Shown: positions 1 to 12,160 of the stretch, one piece after another | Numbering within the stretch: position 1 is the stretch's first letter | How the letters are laid out: every line of letters begins with the position of its first letter | Origin: Octopus bimaculoides | Taxonomy: Eukaryota | Reading direction: 5' to 3' | Assembly: GCF_001194135.2 (NCBI RefSeq) | Contig: NC_068987.1 | Location: 29,122,407 to 29,166,609, forward strand | Length of the DNA: 44,203 nt | Notes under the pieces: model-generated | The model's database searches: none | The model's input: the letters and a program-made list of their open reading frames with translations, nothing else | What the model was told of the DNA's origin: nothing | Translations under genes and position numbers: made by a program

Positions 1-65
<65 letters not shown>

Positions 66-75
66 CAATAACAAC
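1..75. repeat. (AAT)n grading into (AAC)n microsatellite
   Basis: Directly visible; about 20 AAT units from the window start. Confidence 0.98.
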
Positions 76-78
76 ATC

Positions 79-138
79 GAAACTACCTTAGGAATGAGAA
101 ACCAGGTTCAAAATTTCCCCAAGACACCTGATGAAGGC
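79..138 (+). mobile_element. Probable Penelope-like element terminal-repeat fragment, truncated inside a hammerhead core
   Basis: ACAC-CTGATGA-AGGC at 124-138 is followed abruptly by (AT)n. The upstream TACCTTAGGAATGAGAA..CCAGGTTC..AAATTTCCCCAAGACAC matches a recurrent octopus repeat as I recall it (not searched). Confidence 0.45.
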
Positions 139-399
139 ATATATATATATATATATATTTATAAATATATTGTTGAATAAAAATCCCTACAATTGTTTAA
201 ATTTTACTTAATACTAATTACAAATTAATTAATAAATATAATAAAATAAAATATTCTAAATACAAATTATATTTTATTTCGTTTATAAAATGGTAATTAG
301 TTTTGAGTAAAACTGAAACAATAGTAGGAATGTTTAGTTAACTCTATGTTAATAAATTAGTTTATATCTATATACTCTGCATTTTCTTTATTTATCATT

Positions 400-414
<15 letters not shown>

Positions 415-435
<21 letters not shown>

Positions 436-682
436 CGTGTGTGTGTGTGTGTATAAATATGTCGATGTGTGTGCGTCTTTGTGCCTGTGTTTTTCTTCGA
501 CCAACTCTTGACAACTGGTGTTGTTGTGATTGCGTCACAGTACGTTAGCGGTTCGGCATAAGATCTTTATAAAATTTGTACCTGGATTTTAAAATATTAC
601 AGCTGCCGATTCAATCGGCTAAACATTTCGAGGCAATGCCCCCAGCATGACCGAAGCATGACCTTATTAAAAGATAAAAAGA
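415..682 (+). mobile_element. SINE family B, central (TA)n(TG)n plus decayed 3' half
   Basis: TTAGCGGTTCGGCA...CCAGCATGACCG aligns with the tail of the younger copy at 29591-29766. Confidence 0.7.
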
Positions 683-700
683 AACTAAAAGACAAATATA

Positions 701-1080
701 GGCGCAGGAGTGGCTGTGTGAGAGTAAGCTTGTTTCCTAACCTCGTGGTTCCGGGCAAGAGTCTTCATCTATAGCTTCGGGCCGACCAAAGCCTTATGAA
801 TGGATTTGGTAGATGGAAACTGAAACACCCATCGTTTATATATATTTGTGTGTGTTAGGGGGGGGGTCGTTTGTGTGTCTGTGTCTTTGTGTGTGGATGT
901 AATTGTGTGCGTGTTTCTCCACCCACCGGTTTCACAACATTTGTTGCTATGTTTACGTCCCACTAACTTGCAGTTAAGCAAAAGTATCCGATAGAATAAG
1001 TACCTGGATTTAAAGAATTACAATTTCTGGCTTCGTTTTATTCTACTAAAATTCTTCAAGGCAGTGCCCCAGCTTAGCTG
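701..1080 (+). mobile_element. tRNA-derived SINE family B with B-box region deleted
   Basis: Head GGCGCAGGAGTGGCTGTGTG, body GGGCCGACCAAAGCCTT..GGATTTGGTAGA.GGAAACTGAAA, central microsatellite, tail GATAGAATAAGTAC; homologous to 29374-29766 and 34985-35365. Confidence 0.85.
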
Positions 1081-1149
1081 TAGTTACACACATACATACA
1101 GACACACACACGCACACATATTTACATATTTATATATATGTATGCATGC

Positions 1150-1312
1150 ATGTATGTCTTTGTGTTTGTCGCACGTGACTGCTTGGCAACTGGTGTTGTT
1201 CTGTTTCGGTCTCCGTAACTTAGTGTTTAGGCATAATGTAACCAGACTATTATAAAAATTGCAAGGCAGTAGCCCAGTATGACCGTAGTCTTTATAGATA
1301 AATCATAAAAGA
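1150..1312 (+). mobile_element. SINE family B decayed 3' half
   Basis: GCAACTGGTGTTG..CCGTAACTTAG..CCCAGTATGACCGTAGTC resembles the family B tail; a perfect 18-bp tandem duplication (1303-1320/1321-1338) sits at its end. Confidence 0.6.
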
Positions 1313-1824
1313 CACAAGTTTCATAAAAGACACAAGTTTATATCCCATTTTCCCCAGTAATATGTCACAATTGTAGCTGTTTGGAACACTACTTTCCATG
1401 TTCCATTTGCAATTGGACGCTTAAATATAACAGATTTTCACCGGAGCAATTTATTGCATTATGTTACAGAGAACTACTGGTATATATGTGTTTGCGAATG
1501 TATGTGAATGTATATGTCTGTATATATGAATACACACACACATACACACGTCACTATAAACTTATTTTTCTCTTAATGATATTTTTTCTGTTACATTATC
1601 ATGTACTACATCACCAAATCGATTTAACGCTTTATAGAAAAGCAAATAATCTGACATATGAGTGTGTTGTTTCACTTCTTTTCTGATGTAAATCATTTTA
1701 TTTTCCAATTAAGTTTTTCACTTGGATATATTTTTCATAATTTTTGTTTGTTGTAAATCAAAATCAAAACATATAAATAAACTACAAGTCACTCATCACT
1801 ATCACAACGAATAAGAAACCATAC

Positions 1825-1881
<57 letters not shown>

Positions 1882-2465
1882 AATATCCGGATATATATAT
1901 ATTCACATATGAATACTATGTAATGAAAGATATATTGATATATGAATGCTTTTACACAGGTTTTTGTATGCATATAGTCTACTGATTAATTCATTTTCTA
2001 TTAAACAGACTTAATTTTGCAATTAATATGTGATGTGTTAAAATATTGTCTTGTATCATGAAATAGATATGATTATTCTCAGACTGTGCTGTAATTGTTG
2101 CATTTTAATAAATTCTGCAACTATTAATAGCGTAAACATAATGGCTAGCTTGATTGCTTTGTGTTGTGAAAATTATTTTCAGCTAGCTTAAATATGATGA
2201 GCAGTGTCATGGCTGATGGCAGTCCAATTGAGGCAAGTATTTAAGGGGAATGTGGTCATTGCTCAGTCCCAATGTCTAGCACTGTAAAAGCTTTAAACGA
2301 TATCTTCTTCAGGTTTATCATTCTCTTCTATGCTAATTGTAGAAGCTCCAAGTAGTATATGTAGATTGATAAACGGACGGACAGCCATACAGATAGATAG
2401 ACAGACAGACAGATACATACATACATACATACATACATACATACATACATACATACATACAGTGA

Positions 2466-2674
2466 AAGGCGGCAACTTGGCAGAAACGTTAGCACGCCGG
2501 GCGGAATGCTTAGCGGTATTTGGTCTGCCGTTACGTTCTGAGTTTAAATTCCGTCGAGGTCGACTTTGCCTTTCATCCTTTCGGGGTCGATAAATTAAGT
2601 ACCAGTTACGCACTGGGGTCGATGTAATCGGCTTAATCCCTTTGTCTGTCCTTTGTGGGCAATAAAGAAATAAG
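2466..2674 (+). mobile_element. tRNA-derived SINE family A, young copy inserted in (TACA)n
   Basis: AAGGCGGC..TGGCAGAAACGTTAGC (A-box-like), GAGTTTAAATTCC (B-box-like), GGGGTCGATAAATTAAGTACCAG; (TACA)n on both sides (about 2414-2460 and 2677-2731); homologous copies at 32786-32990, 39491-39669 and 40262-40480. Confidence 0.9.
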
Positions 2675-4332
2675 TTACATACATATATACATACATACAT
2701 ACATACATACATACATACATACATACATACATTCCGTCTAAGGGTATCGACTACCAGGAACAGATTTACAGCGAAAACTAGACTGGGTGTTTAAGAAAAC
2801 TTACTGATACATGATTTCTAGGGATAAGAATTTTGCAGGTCTAAATATGCTTTACCTGTTTATGTGACTAATTTCTTTTGATTATTTGACTCATATTACT
2901 TGTCTTCTTCAATCTACCATTTTCTTGACCAACTGAATAATACTTCTCGGCAGGCAAGTTACTACAGCTTTTCTTGAGATAATGTCAGTTATGAATTTCA
3001 TCTGTACAAGACCTAATAGACATTAGACAGAGACAAATCTTTCGGAGCATTTTAACTGGCGCGCACTTGCAGCCCAGTCACATGATCAGACGGATATATT
3101 GCTTCTGATACAGAAATAGAAAATGTAAATAAAGCATTCACTGATGTTGCCAATAAATGCCCGTCTGATGAAAATTCTATTGTACCCAATTGAGGCACTA
3201 TTTAATTCTAACTCTGAATTCATGTAAATCATTTTTAAAATGTTGACTATGATCAAGATGGGGATGTTTATAAACAGATATATCTTCCCTTCTACACATG
3301 AGGTAATACCATTAAAATATAACCGTCTAAAATAAGTATCTACATCTCATAGAATATCCTTGGGAAAAGGTTTGTGAAGTTGCTTTTTGCCCAAACTCAA
3401 ATTATTGACTACTGTGAGACATTTTCGCATGTTAGAATTTCCTTGAAACTTTTATCATTCTATATGTTGCAAACACTAAGTTCTTTTGTTCAATTCTTTT
3501 GATTCCTAATTAACGTTCAATGAACATGAAACATACCTTCCGTGAATGACCTCCAGACTGCAAATATTTTCCCATCCTTAAAGAAATGTCTCACTTCATA
3601 AAATATTTAATAATAATATTTTCCTGTTATGTCATGCAGATGATTTCTTAAAAGAATGTAGTGCTGTACATGATTAACAATGACTACAGAATTTGAAAAT
3701 ATCATGTTGTGTAAAGAAAATATTAAAAATACGTATTTTATTAATTTTTCCAGTTTAAGTCCTTATGGCACAATGATTCACACTAGCAGTAGCTGGAACC
3801 GTTTGGGAGACCATGAGTGTTTACATATTGAGTGAAATATTCTGCGACGCCGTCCACGTGAATATTTTATTTAGTGCCAATATATTTTATTTAGCAAGTA
3901 TGAAAACCTTAATACGGAATAGTTATGCTGTGAATAAAAGACATCATTTTGAACCGTTTAACAAGTACAGAAGACAATCCTAGAAAAACATTTTTTGACA
4001 TTCCCTGCATCATATGTTGACAGTAGCTTGTTTATTGCTTTAAATGCACTTTATGTCAGTAAGTATTTTCCATCCATGATATATTTAAAAAATATCTAAT
4101 CTTTTCACGCCAATCCTTGAACCTACCTAAACATTATATTAAGATGATTATTTCATGCCATTCTTATACTTTCTATTCACGTCAGCAATCACAAAGGATA
4201 TCCGTGTGAGGGAGAGGGATACATATGTACGTGTGTGTTTTTGTGAGCACGTAAAATATGTATTTTTAATTTTGAGAAATATGTACAGATTGAGTTAAAT
4301 AACTCTAAATATTTGGAATTCTCACCGTGATT

Positions 4333-4365
<33 letters not shown>

Positions 4366-5317
4366 CTGTGTGTGTGCGTGCGTGTGCGTGCGTGTGTATA
4401 TATAATGATAACATTCTCTATATAATACTGATATGCGCATAAAAAGGAAGGAGGTGTCTTCTGATGGAACATTTAACGATGTAATTGCCACTCCTCAGTA
4501 AGCATACACCTGGCTTCCATTCCCGATCTGTAGCGCATATTTGTTGTTATATATGAGTCATAAATTAAGCTAGCAATAAAAATGAGACTTTCTATAATAT
4601 TAGTTTCTAAGTTTGGTATAAGGCCAGACAGAGAGACTTTCTATAATATTAAGTCCAGTTCTGCTATAAGCAGTGTAGTGCATAAAATAAATGTCCAGTA
4701 AATGACGAGCGCAGACTACACTATCCGACAAGTTCCTAATTTATAACAACCCACTGAGCGACCAATCAGGAAAGATGCTGGATAAAATTTCCGACGAGAG
4801 ATAAAGTATGAAACGGTCTATCAGGAGAATTCATCCCACTTATTCTGTGCATCAATTCCCTAGAAAAAAATGTTTACATTCTTGTCATACTCACATTCTG
4901 AAATTTATTTCACCTTTCTTGATTTAAACAGTATTTTGCACATATACTGGCTATTGTTATACCTATAACAAAGCGTTCAAGGAAACAAGTAAAACTATCA
5001 ATATATAAGTATCCTGGTATATTTTTGGCAATGCTACATGCTTGTTTATACATTATATTATGGATATATGCAAATTTATGCAAAACATGTTGTTGTGTCC
5101 TCATTATATCTTTCAAAATGTATAAATACTGGGGTTGCTATTCCTAACTGGTATACTAGTTAAAGGATAATATACCTATAAGGGTAGATAAAGTTTTACA
5201 CTCTCACTCACACTTACAGCAGAAGTATGACTGAAAAGATTGATTTTGAATTCTAAACGATAGTCTATTGTGTCAAGAAGCCCGGCCAATACAAATATCG
5301 ACAGGTAAAATTGACTT

Positions 5318-5380
5318 GTTTAATTGACTAGTACTTTATCGTATTGACCCTGTAAGGATGAAAAACAGTTCCCCTTAGAG
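5318..5380 (-). mobile_element. SINE family A fragment
   Basis: GTACTTTATCGTATTGACCCTGTAAGGATGAAA resembles TACTTAATTTATCGACC..AAAGGATGAAA of the minus-strand family A copies. Confidence 0.4.
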
Positions 5381-6064
5381 GATAGCATATATACTTCTAT
5401 TTGTCCTGTCTGATATAAAAGATATCCTACAAATCTGACACCCTTAGAAGCTGCAGGTGAGATACGTAATAAGAATGGAAATAGTGTAATGGATCCATAT
5501 AAACAAGAGCTCATCACTTTTTATAGCTCTCCTTATTATGGTATTTGATATGCCAAAGAGTCGATAGGCTTCTAGAAACAATATGGTATCACAGAAAATG
5601 ACATTTAATATTTAGATTTTCTTATCCCTGTTCTAAATGTAAATCCCGTAGAAGTCTGTTGACGATGCTGTTTTATCCACCTGGATCGATAAAATAAGCA
5701 GCAATAATATATATACTGCTGAATCGATTAAACTGACTTCGTTCCCTCACAAAAATTGGTTTTGTTCTTTGTTAGCAGAAATGAATATCTATAAATCAAA
5801 CTTCTGTAAAAGTTAGGAAATATATTCTAAGAACAAAAGAGTGTTATAAATTATAGGAAAACACAATACAAAATTACATGTAAAACATTTAAAATATAAG
5901 ATTGTTTCTACGAAATAAAGCATAATCTAAAACGTTTTGACACCTTTTTTTTAATTTATTAGAATCGCTTTTATTATTCTTTCTGATGTATAGAAATTAT
6001 ATCTATTCAGTCGTTTGTATATTTTATAGGAGAATGTAACTATGACCTTCAAAAGAAATATAAG

Positions 6065-6275
6065 GTTCTTTCTCTTTCTTTCTCTTTCTCTCTCTCTTTC
6101 TCGATTTCACTTCCTCTGTCTTTCTTTGTCTCGCTCTCCCTCTATCTCTATCTCTCCCTCTTCCTTGCCCTCTCCCTCTTCCTTCCCTATCCCTCTTTCT
6201 GTCTCTATCTCTCTATTTCACTTACTCTCTCTTTTTGTTTCTCAATCTTTCACTCACACACACACACACACTCTC
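6065..6275. repeat. CT-rich low-complexity tract plus (CA)n
   Basis: Directly visible. Confidence 0.9.
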
Positions 6276-6422
6276 AAAGAATTCATATACATATATTACA
6301 AAGCGTTATGAAAATGAAAATGAATACAAAATGCTTTTCTAATCGAACACTGAAGCCACAGTAACCTGGATAAAACCAAACAGAAATCTCAATCACCGAA
6401 CGGATATATGTAGAAAACACGT

Positions 6423-6542
6423 TATAATGGTCTGCAACATATAAACAATTGCACTTCAGTCATTTGAAATTTTAGGAATGTTACATAAGAATTTCTCAAG
6501 AAAGAAGCTATACGTTTATCATATAAGTTGCAGACCATCATA
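6423..6542. mobile_element. Candidate 120-bp MITE
   Basis: 21-bp inverted repeat, 19/21 identical (TATAATGGTCTGCAACATATA 6423-6443; TATAAGTTGCAGACCATCATA 6522-6542), TA at both outer ends. Confidence 0.35.
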
Positions 6543-7378
6543 AAGTCTGCTTTTATAAAGCCCTACTTCCGGCTACAAGGGCTGGACAAATTCAAGGGAT
6601 AAGAACTACATTTAAATAGTAATGGATATAATTTAATACAAACGAGCTATGCAATATCATTTAGCACAACGCTACTAGATATGATCGCTACGACTTCCGC
6701 ATTGCTCTTCTACATTCCGTTAATTGTGCAGGTGTTTTAGATATATTTCCAAGTCGTCAGTACCTATGTTCCCTGCTGTTACATACTGAAGAGATCAGTA
6801 GTCTATTTTGGACCTTATTATATTCTTGTGAAAAATAAGTGAGAGGGATACTGAAAGAGTGGAACATACATGTAATTATGTCACTTCCATATATAAAACT
6901 ATGAGGTTTGCTTTATTTTTCAATTGTTGCTTTTACCTTGTCGAAGTGATCCCACTCAAGAAAATTTGCATTCACCAGCAGAAACTTAGACACAGGGACC
7001 ATAAATCACCACCCAATTTCAAACTTCCTTCATCCACCCAGTCCTTGTGTTGAAGGATACAACATCAGGGGAAAACAACAAGATGTGTTAATTTTCATTC
7101 GCATTGTTTCTTGTTTAATGTTTCGTTGAAACAGTAGCTGATATGTGGTGTACAAAACAAGAAAATCAAACATAAATACAATTGAGTTTCTCATACATAG
7201 TTATAACCCATTATTTTAGATATTTATGAATATCCAGGATTTTGTCTCCTTATTCTTGGGGAATATTGTGTGCAATCCTTATTCGCTTCATGCACGGGTA
7301 GTCCCAATTCGAAAATCCAGGAAACTCAATACTTCTGTAGTTATACATTTCCCCTTTTATACCAGTTTCTTTTCTCCG

Positions 7379-7640
7379 CACGGACCCAGGAACAGGAGGT
7401 GTAGGGGTACAATCCCCTCTCCTGAAATTTTTGTGGGATACAAAATCAAAATGTGCACCCTTTCTTACTTTTTCAGGTTTAGAAAACGGTGTGTAAAAGG
7501 TGATCTGAAAGAAGCAGATATGAAGTTAGGCTTCTTCTCAAAGAACAGAAATAAAGAAAAATAACAATAAGACTTTGTTTGTAAAACAAATTTGGAGTTT
7601 GGTTTGCAACCCCTAAGCAAATTTCATTTCCGAGCCAGTG
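7379..7640. mobile_element. Possible decayed hAT-type MITE
   Basis: Loosely inverted GC-rich ends (CACGGACCCAGGAA..TAGGGGTACA versus TGCAACCCCTA..TTCCGAGCCAGTG); 8-bp flanks match at 5/8 positions (TTTCTCCG/TCACTTCG). Weak. Confidence 0.25.
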
Positions 7641-10465
7641 TCACTTCGTACATTCTAATCTTTCTTGAGAATATATACCTCATACTTCCCTGATTGTGTA
7701 TAAATAATCCAACAGTTTGGGGAATTTAATTCTCCTCAATGATAAATGCGGTATTTCCATATTCTTTTTTTCATTGATGCCCCTCCGATTTTCTCTATTC
7801 ACAATCATTTTTCCATGATGGCTCATAATGGGTTCAGCTTCTGGCTGCAGTGCGATTTTGCATACTCAACAACCTGGTACAGTGTTTGAATTCTCCACTT
7901 ATTTGACTTTATATACTATCTTCGTATTGCAATTTTATTAACTCTACAAACAAGACAAGTAATGGCTAATGTCTAGCCTGGCACTGCACCTACACACTTC
8001 AAACGATGTATGAGGTGTTTATCCTTGTCGTTTTACATAAACTATACAAAACCAATTGAGTTCACTTCTTGGTTTTGTAGACTTCTGACTAGTTACCACT
8101 AGAGTATAACAAAACTAATAAATATAGTAATCCATCCACCCCACTATCAAAGTATTCTTGAAATAAAAAGCCGCAAGGTGATTTTCGGGATTATTTTCAA
8201 AAACAAGCTACTTTGGGAGCTGGGACGTATGGTGTACGTTCAGTTATAACTTTGATCGGAAACATTTATTCTAGTCATGCGAATAACTTTCAGTTTCGTA
8301 TTGTAGTAAATTCTGGCATTAGTCCATGTATCATAATCTATATATTACGGCTACTAAACATACCATTAAATTTGATTTTATTAATTTTTCCTATCTACTC
8401 TAATAAAACTATCAATCTAAATAAGATTTGGAAGAACAAGGAAAACATGTCAAATACTAAAGTAAATTTTTACAGTGTAATAACTTTGTGAATGTGTCCG
8501 GTACATAAAATAGTATGCTTCACTGTATATTTACATTAAAAATTTATTGGAGAATTAACACAGCAAATAACTTTCTCTCGACCAGTTTGTAGAAAACATG
8601 GGTCTGTGAATTTATGAATCGTTCATCATTTCAAAACTGCTGTCAATTTTTATCTGACATTTTATGGTAGATTTATATGTACCAGGAGAGACCATATTCT
8701 GTCAACAAGTTTAGTCATTGAATTTCGATGTTCTTCGCTTTATTGCAGTGTTTTGTCACTTTCCATAATAAATATTTAACGTCGTTGCTCTTTTTACTCG
8801 TAAACATAGTTTAGATTACTTATATTTTTTTTCTTAAATGCATGATGATATATTATCGTCATAAAACTTTTGAATGCTATATAATGTAATTTTTGCAGAT
8901 ATTTTTCATATGAACGATTTAACCACTTTAATAATCCTAATCATTTTACCGGAGAGTAGGTAAAATCAGTGCTGCTCTGAACTATAAGCCTCCCAGTATT
9001 TCTTTGTAATGCGTTGAGTGTCACTGGAAATCACACTTGCAATCCACTTACATATTTTGTTCCGTCTAAATATCTTATCTATAAACGATATTTTACGAAT
9101 TCAACGAAATCCTAGAGCTAGCAAATGCTTTCTGCAGGTGTAAAAGATATAAACTTAAATAATAATCAAAATACATTATTACTCGCAATGCAACATTATC
9201 TCATGGCGAAATCTTACAGCTAAACACTATTTGTGTGAAAATATAGACTGACAGTGTACATAAACATTTTGTGTGCTAATGAATGCATGCATATAGCCGA
9301 AGGTTTTTTCCTTTCTATATTGCGTACATGCCTATCAAAACTTAAAAGCTTCTTACAGCCTTGTTATCGTAATGCTGGCATAGACAACCATCACGCACAG
9401 AATGCCAGCTTCCAAATCGTCTTTTCTGATTGCATAAAAATTATCAAATTTTAAAGTTTTGTAACATTTTCCTTTTTTTTTTTTAAAACAAGTGGATAAC
9501 AACATCAGGTTCAACCTGAAAAATTACATCAATTAGCCAAATTTGAAAATTTCAACTTGATTTGAATCCTTAAAAAAACCTGACAGCAACAGTAATGGTA
9601 GCTAGAGATTATTTCGCTTTCTCAGCTTAAGTCCGGAATTCAACACCTACAAGCTTTGAATCTTGACTGCCATCTTTTCGATATTGATGCACTAAGTTCT
9701 AGGTAAAGGATCCATTTTTGACTTGTGATAATGCTAGGATATCATTAATTTTAATATGATTATAAATGGAGCAACGGAATAGCAAAATCGACAGTGTTTT
9801 AAAATAAATGTTCATTAGTTAGGTCTGTTGTGTTCTGAGTTCAAATCCAGTCAAGTGCTCTTTCGATTACATCGATGCAGCACATCATCGGAATTATGCT
9901 CGCAACGAAACGATTGCGAACGTGTGCAGTTGTTACAAATTATTGTCATCATTATTCTTTATGTTTATTATGCTTGGGCTGCTGAAAATAGGGCTCATGC
10001 AGAAGGAAAAAATATTTATGCAGCATATGAGTCTTGATTCATGAGAAACGTCTTCAATACAGTAAAACGAATTAACTCTATCTACCGAAAGGGTTGATTC
10101 CTATTCCCTCAAAATGCCAGTCAAAACTAGAAATACACTTGATAGCGATAAAGTCAGATGTGTTGAGATATTTAGGCATTAGCTGGTAAGAGATACTACC
10201 GTGTTATTTGAACCATTTGGCTTTGCTAAATGGTGATTGGAGTATTTACATGGCATAACTCTTTAGTATTAATTTTAATTTATTTATGTTTGGGAAACCG
10301 ATCATATTTGAAAACGAGAGTTGAATTTCCAGGCTCCTTTGTGTATAGATAGATTCCGAATTTCTTTTCTCTAATGGGCATGATAGGTCAATCTTTCGCG
10401 GACAACATAGATATAACTAAATGCACGTCACCAAATGTCCCTCATTATTTCTCAGCTGACAAATT

Positions 10466-10780
10466 AATATTTATTTATGCGCCCTTTTCAAGCCTAACCA
10501 GGCTCATGGGCCCGGTTTCCCGGTTCCTATGGTGCATGTGTTCCCTACCAGCTGGACGGGACGCCAATCTATCGCAGCGTTACTCAAGAAACAGGAAGAA
10601 AGAGTGAGAAAAAGTTGGGGCAAGAGAGTACAACAGGGGTCGCCACCACCCCTTGCCGGATCCTCGTGGATCTTTAGGTGTTTCCGCTCAATAAACACGC
10701 ACAACGCTCGGTCTGGGAACCGAAACCGTGATCCTCCGACTGCGAGTCCGCTGCCCTTACAACTGGGCCATTGCGCTTCC
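10466..10780 (-). mobile_element. tRNA-derived SINE family D
   Basis: Minus strand begins GGAAGCGCAA-TGGCCCAGTTG (A box) and has GGTTTCGGTTCC (B-box-like); GC-rich island ending in an AT-rich tail. Explains the overlapping ORFs at 10374-10830. Confidence 0.8.
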
Positions 10781-11349
10781 AACAACTTAATATAGCGTAT
10801 ATGATTGTTACTAAGCAAATTTAGGTGCATACAAGTTGCTCTTCCCTCTCAATGTGCTTCTATTTCTATATCCTAAAATGTAACTTCAACTATGATTGAA
10901 AACAATGTCATGAGAGGGAAGCGGCTGAGCACTTTGAAGTTCTGGAAACGGGCTAAGTCCCCACTATATGCCAATACTTCAAGCCACTCCCATCATCTTC
11001 TATATTTTAAATGAAATACAAAGTTGGATATAGAGGTTTTCTTCATATTCGAAGTTATAATCTAAAGACGGCGAACAATTTTATATATAACCTACCTAAA
11101 AACAACATATATTTGTACTTCAGCTGCAGCATGATTACTTTCAACCTTTGTCCTCAATTGAAAATATTATCACTCCTGCACCTCTATTTTATTCCTACTC
11201 TATTACTTTGCAGACAACACATTTTACTGCCAAACTTCATTATTATTGATAAAAACACAAAAAATATGAAAAATGATAAAATGAATCTTTTCAAGTGTTC
11301 AAACTGTAGTAATGGAAGAATGTTATAAATTGACAGAAAGTAAATTGTA

Positions 11350-12160
11350 TAAAACGTGTGCCCATGGGGAATCGGAGAGGAAGCAGTTCAATGCCAATAA
11401 TGCAGCAAAAGATGAATGAAACGACGCTAATTTGAAAGCAATTACGTCAAATATGACTTGTTAACCAGTCTGATGTAATGGAGGCCTGGACATGTTGACT
11501 TTTTCAAGACAAATCTAGAATACACCACGTGTTAAATATGTGAATTTTAAATGCTTCGAAAGATACTAACTTTTTAGGCATTGTGATTTGCCTGCTCTAT
11601 TTTAAACCCTTAAGATACCCGAAGACTTCTTTTCTTTCTGTTGTAATCATTTTAATAATGTATCTTCAATATGAATGGAATTATGTTTGAAAACTGAGAC
11701 ACGAGCAAGTTACACGGTATATTTTTAGTTAGGAGCAGGAAGCAGTCACAAGCCTACATCACTCTCTAAAGTGATTAATCTTTAATTTTAATTCACACTG
11801 AATTACTAAGCTGAGCTGAAGGCTCACCGATGTTTTCGTGTTGGTTTTTAAAGACAAATTGAAAATGTTTAACTCGTCCAACACAACACTGAAGAAAGAA
11901 GAATTATACGGATGCGAAATATACTTCACGCTAATAAAATAGGAAAGCAAAGATTCAGCAAATAGTTCTGCATAGGTTTATTGGAGACGTGGCGAGAAGT
12001 GCACTAATACATTCCATATTTCTAGGAGTGGGGTGTCATTTATTCTGAAAGCCAGGAGTGAACATTGATATGGTCTTGAGGCAGTTTTCAGAATTAGATT
12101 CACCCTTTCAAAAAACTTCATTTTATTAAGAAGATTGCAGCATGGAAGACAAATATAAGC
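11350..12160 (+). mobile_element. Possible very old RTE/RTEX-type LINE remnant
   Basis: 11352-11430 translates VCPWGIGEEAVQCQ*CSK (like the VCxxGVGxxxIQCxxCxK finger in these elements); near 12070-12095 LRQFSEL resembles WRKFREL. Many stops; weak. Confidence 0.28.

Noticed and set aside
5422-5456. 35-nt candidate exon YPTNLTPLEAA with CAG/GTGAGA donor
   Set aside because: Acceptor (ATAAAAG) is poor and the peptide is unrecognised.
11976-12158. Plus frame VYWRRGEKC..SEH*YGLEAVFR..QI with a single in-frame TGA, considered as a selenoprotein exon
   Set aside because: No recognisable selenoprotein motif or SECIS seen; a decayed LINE or chance explains it more simply.
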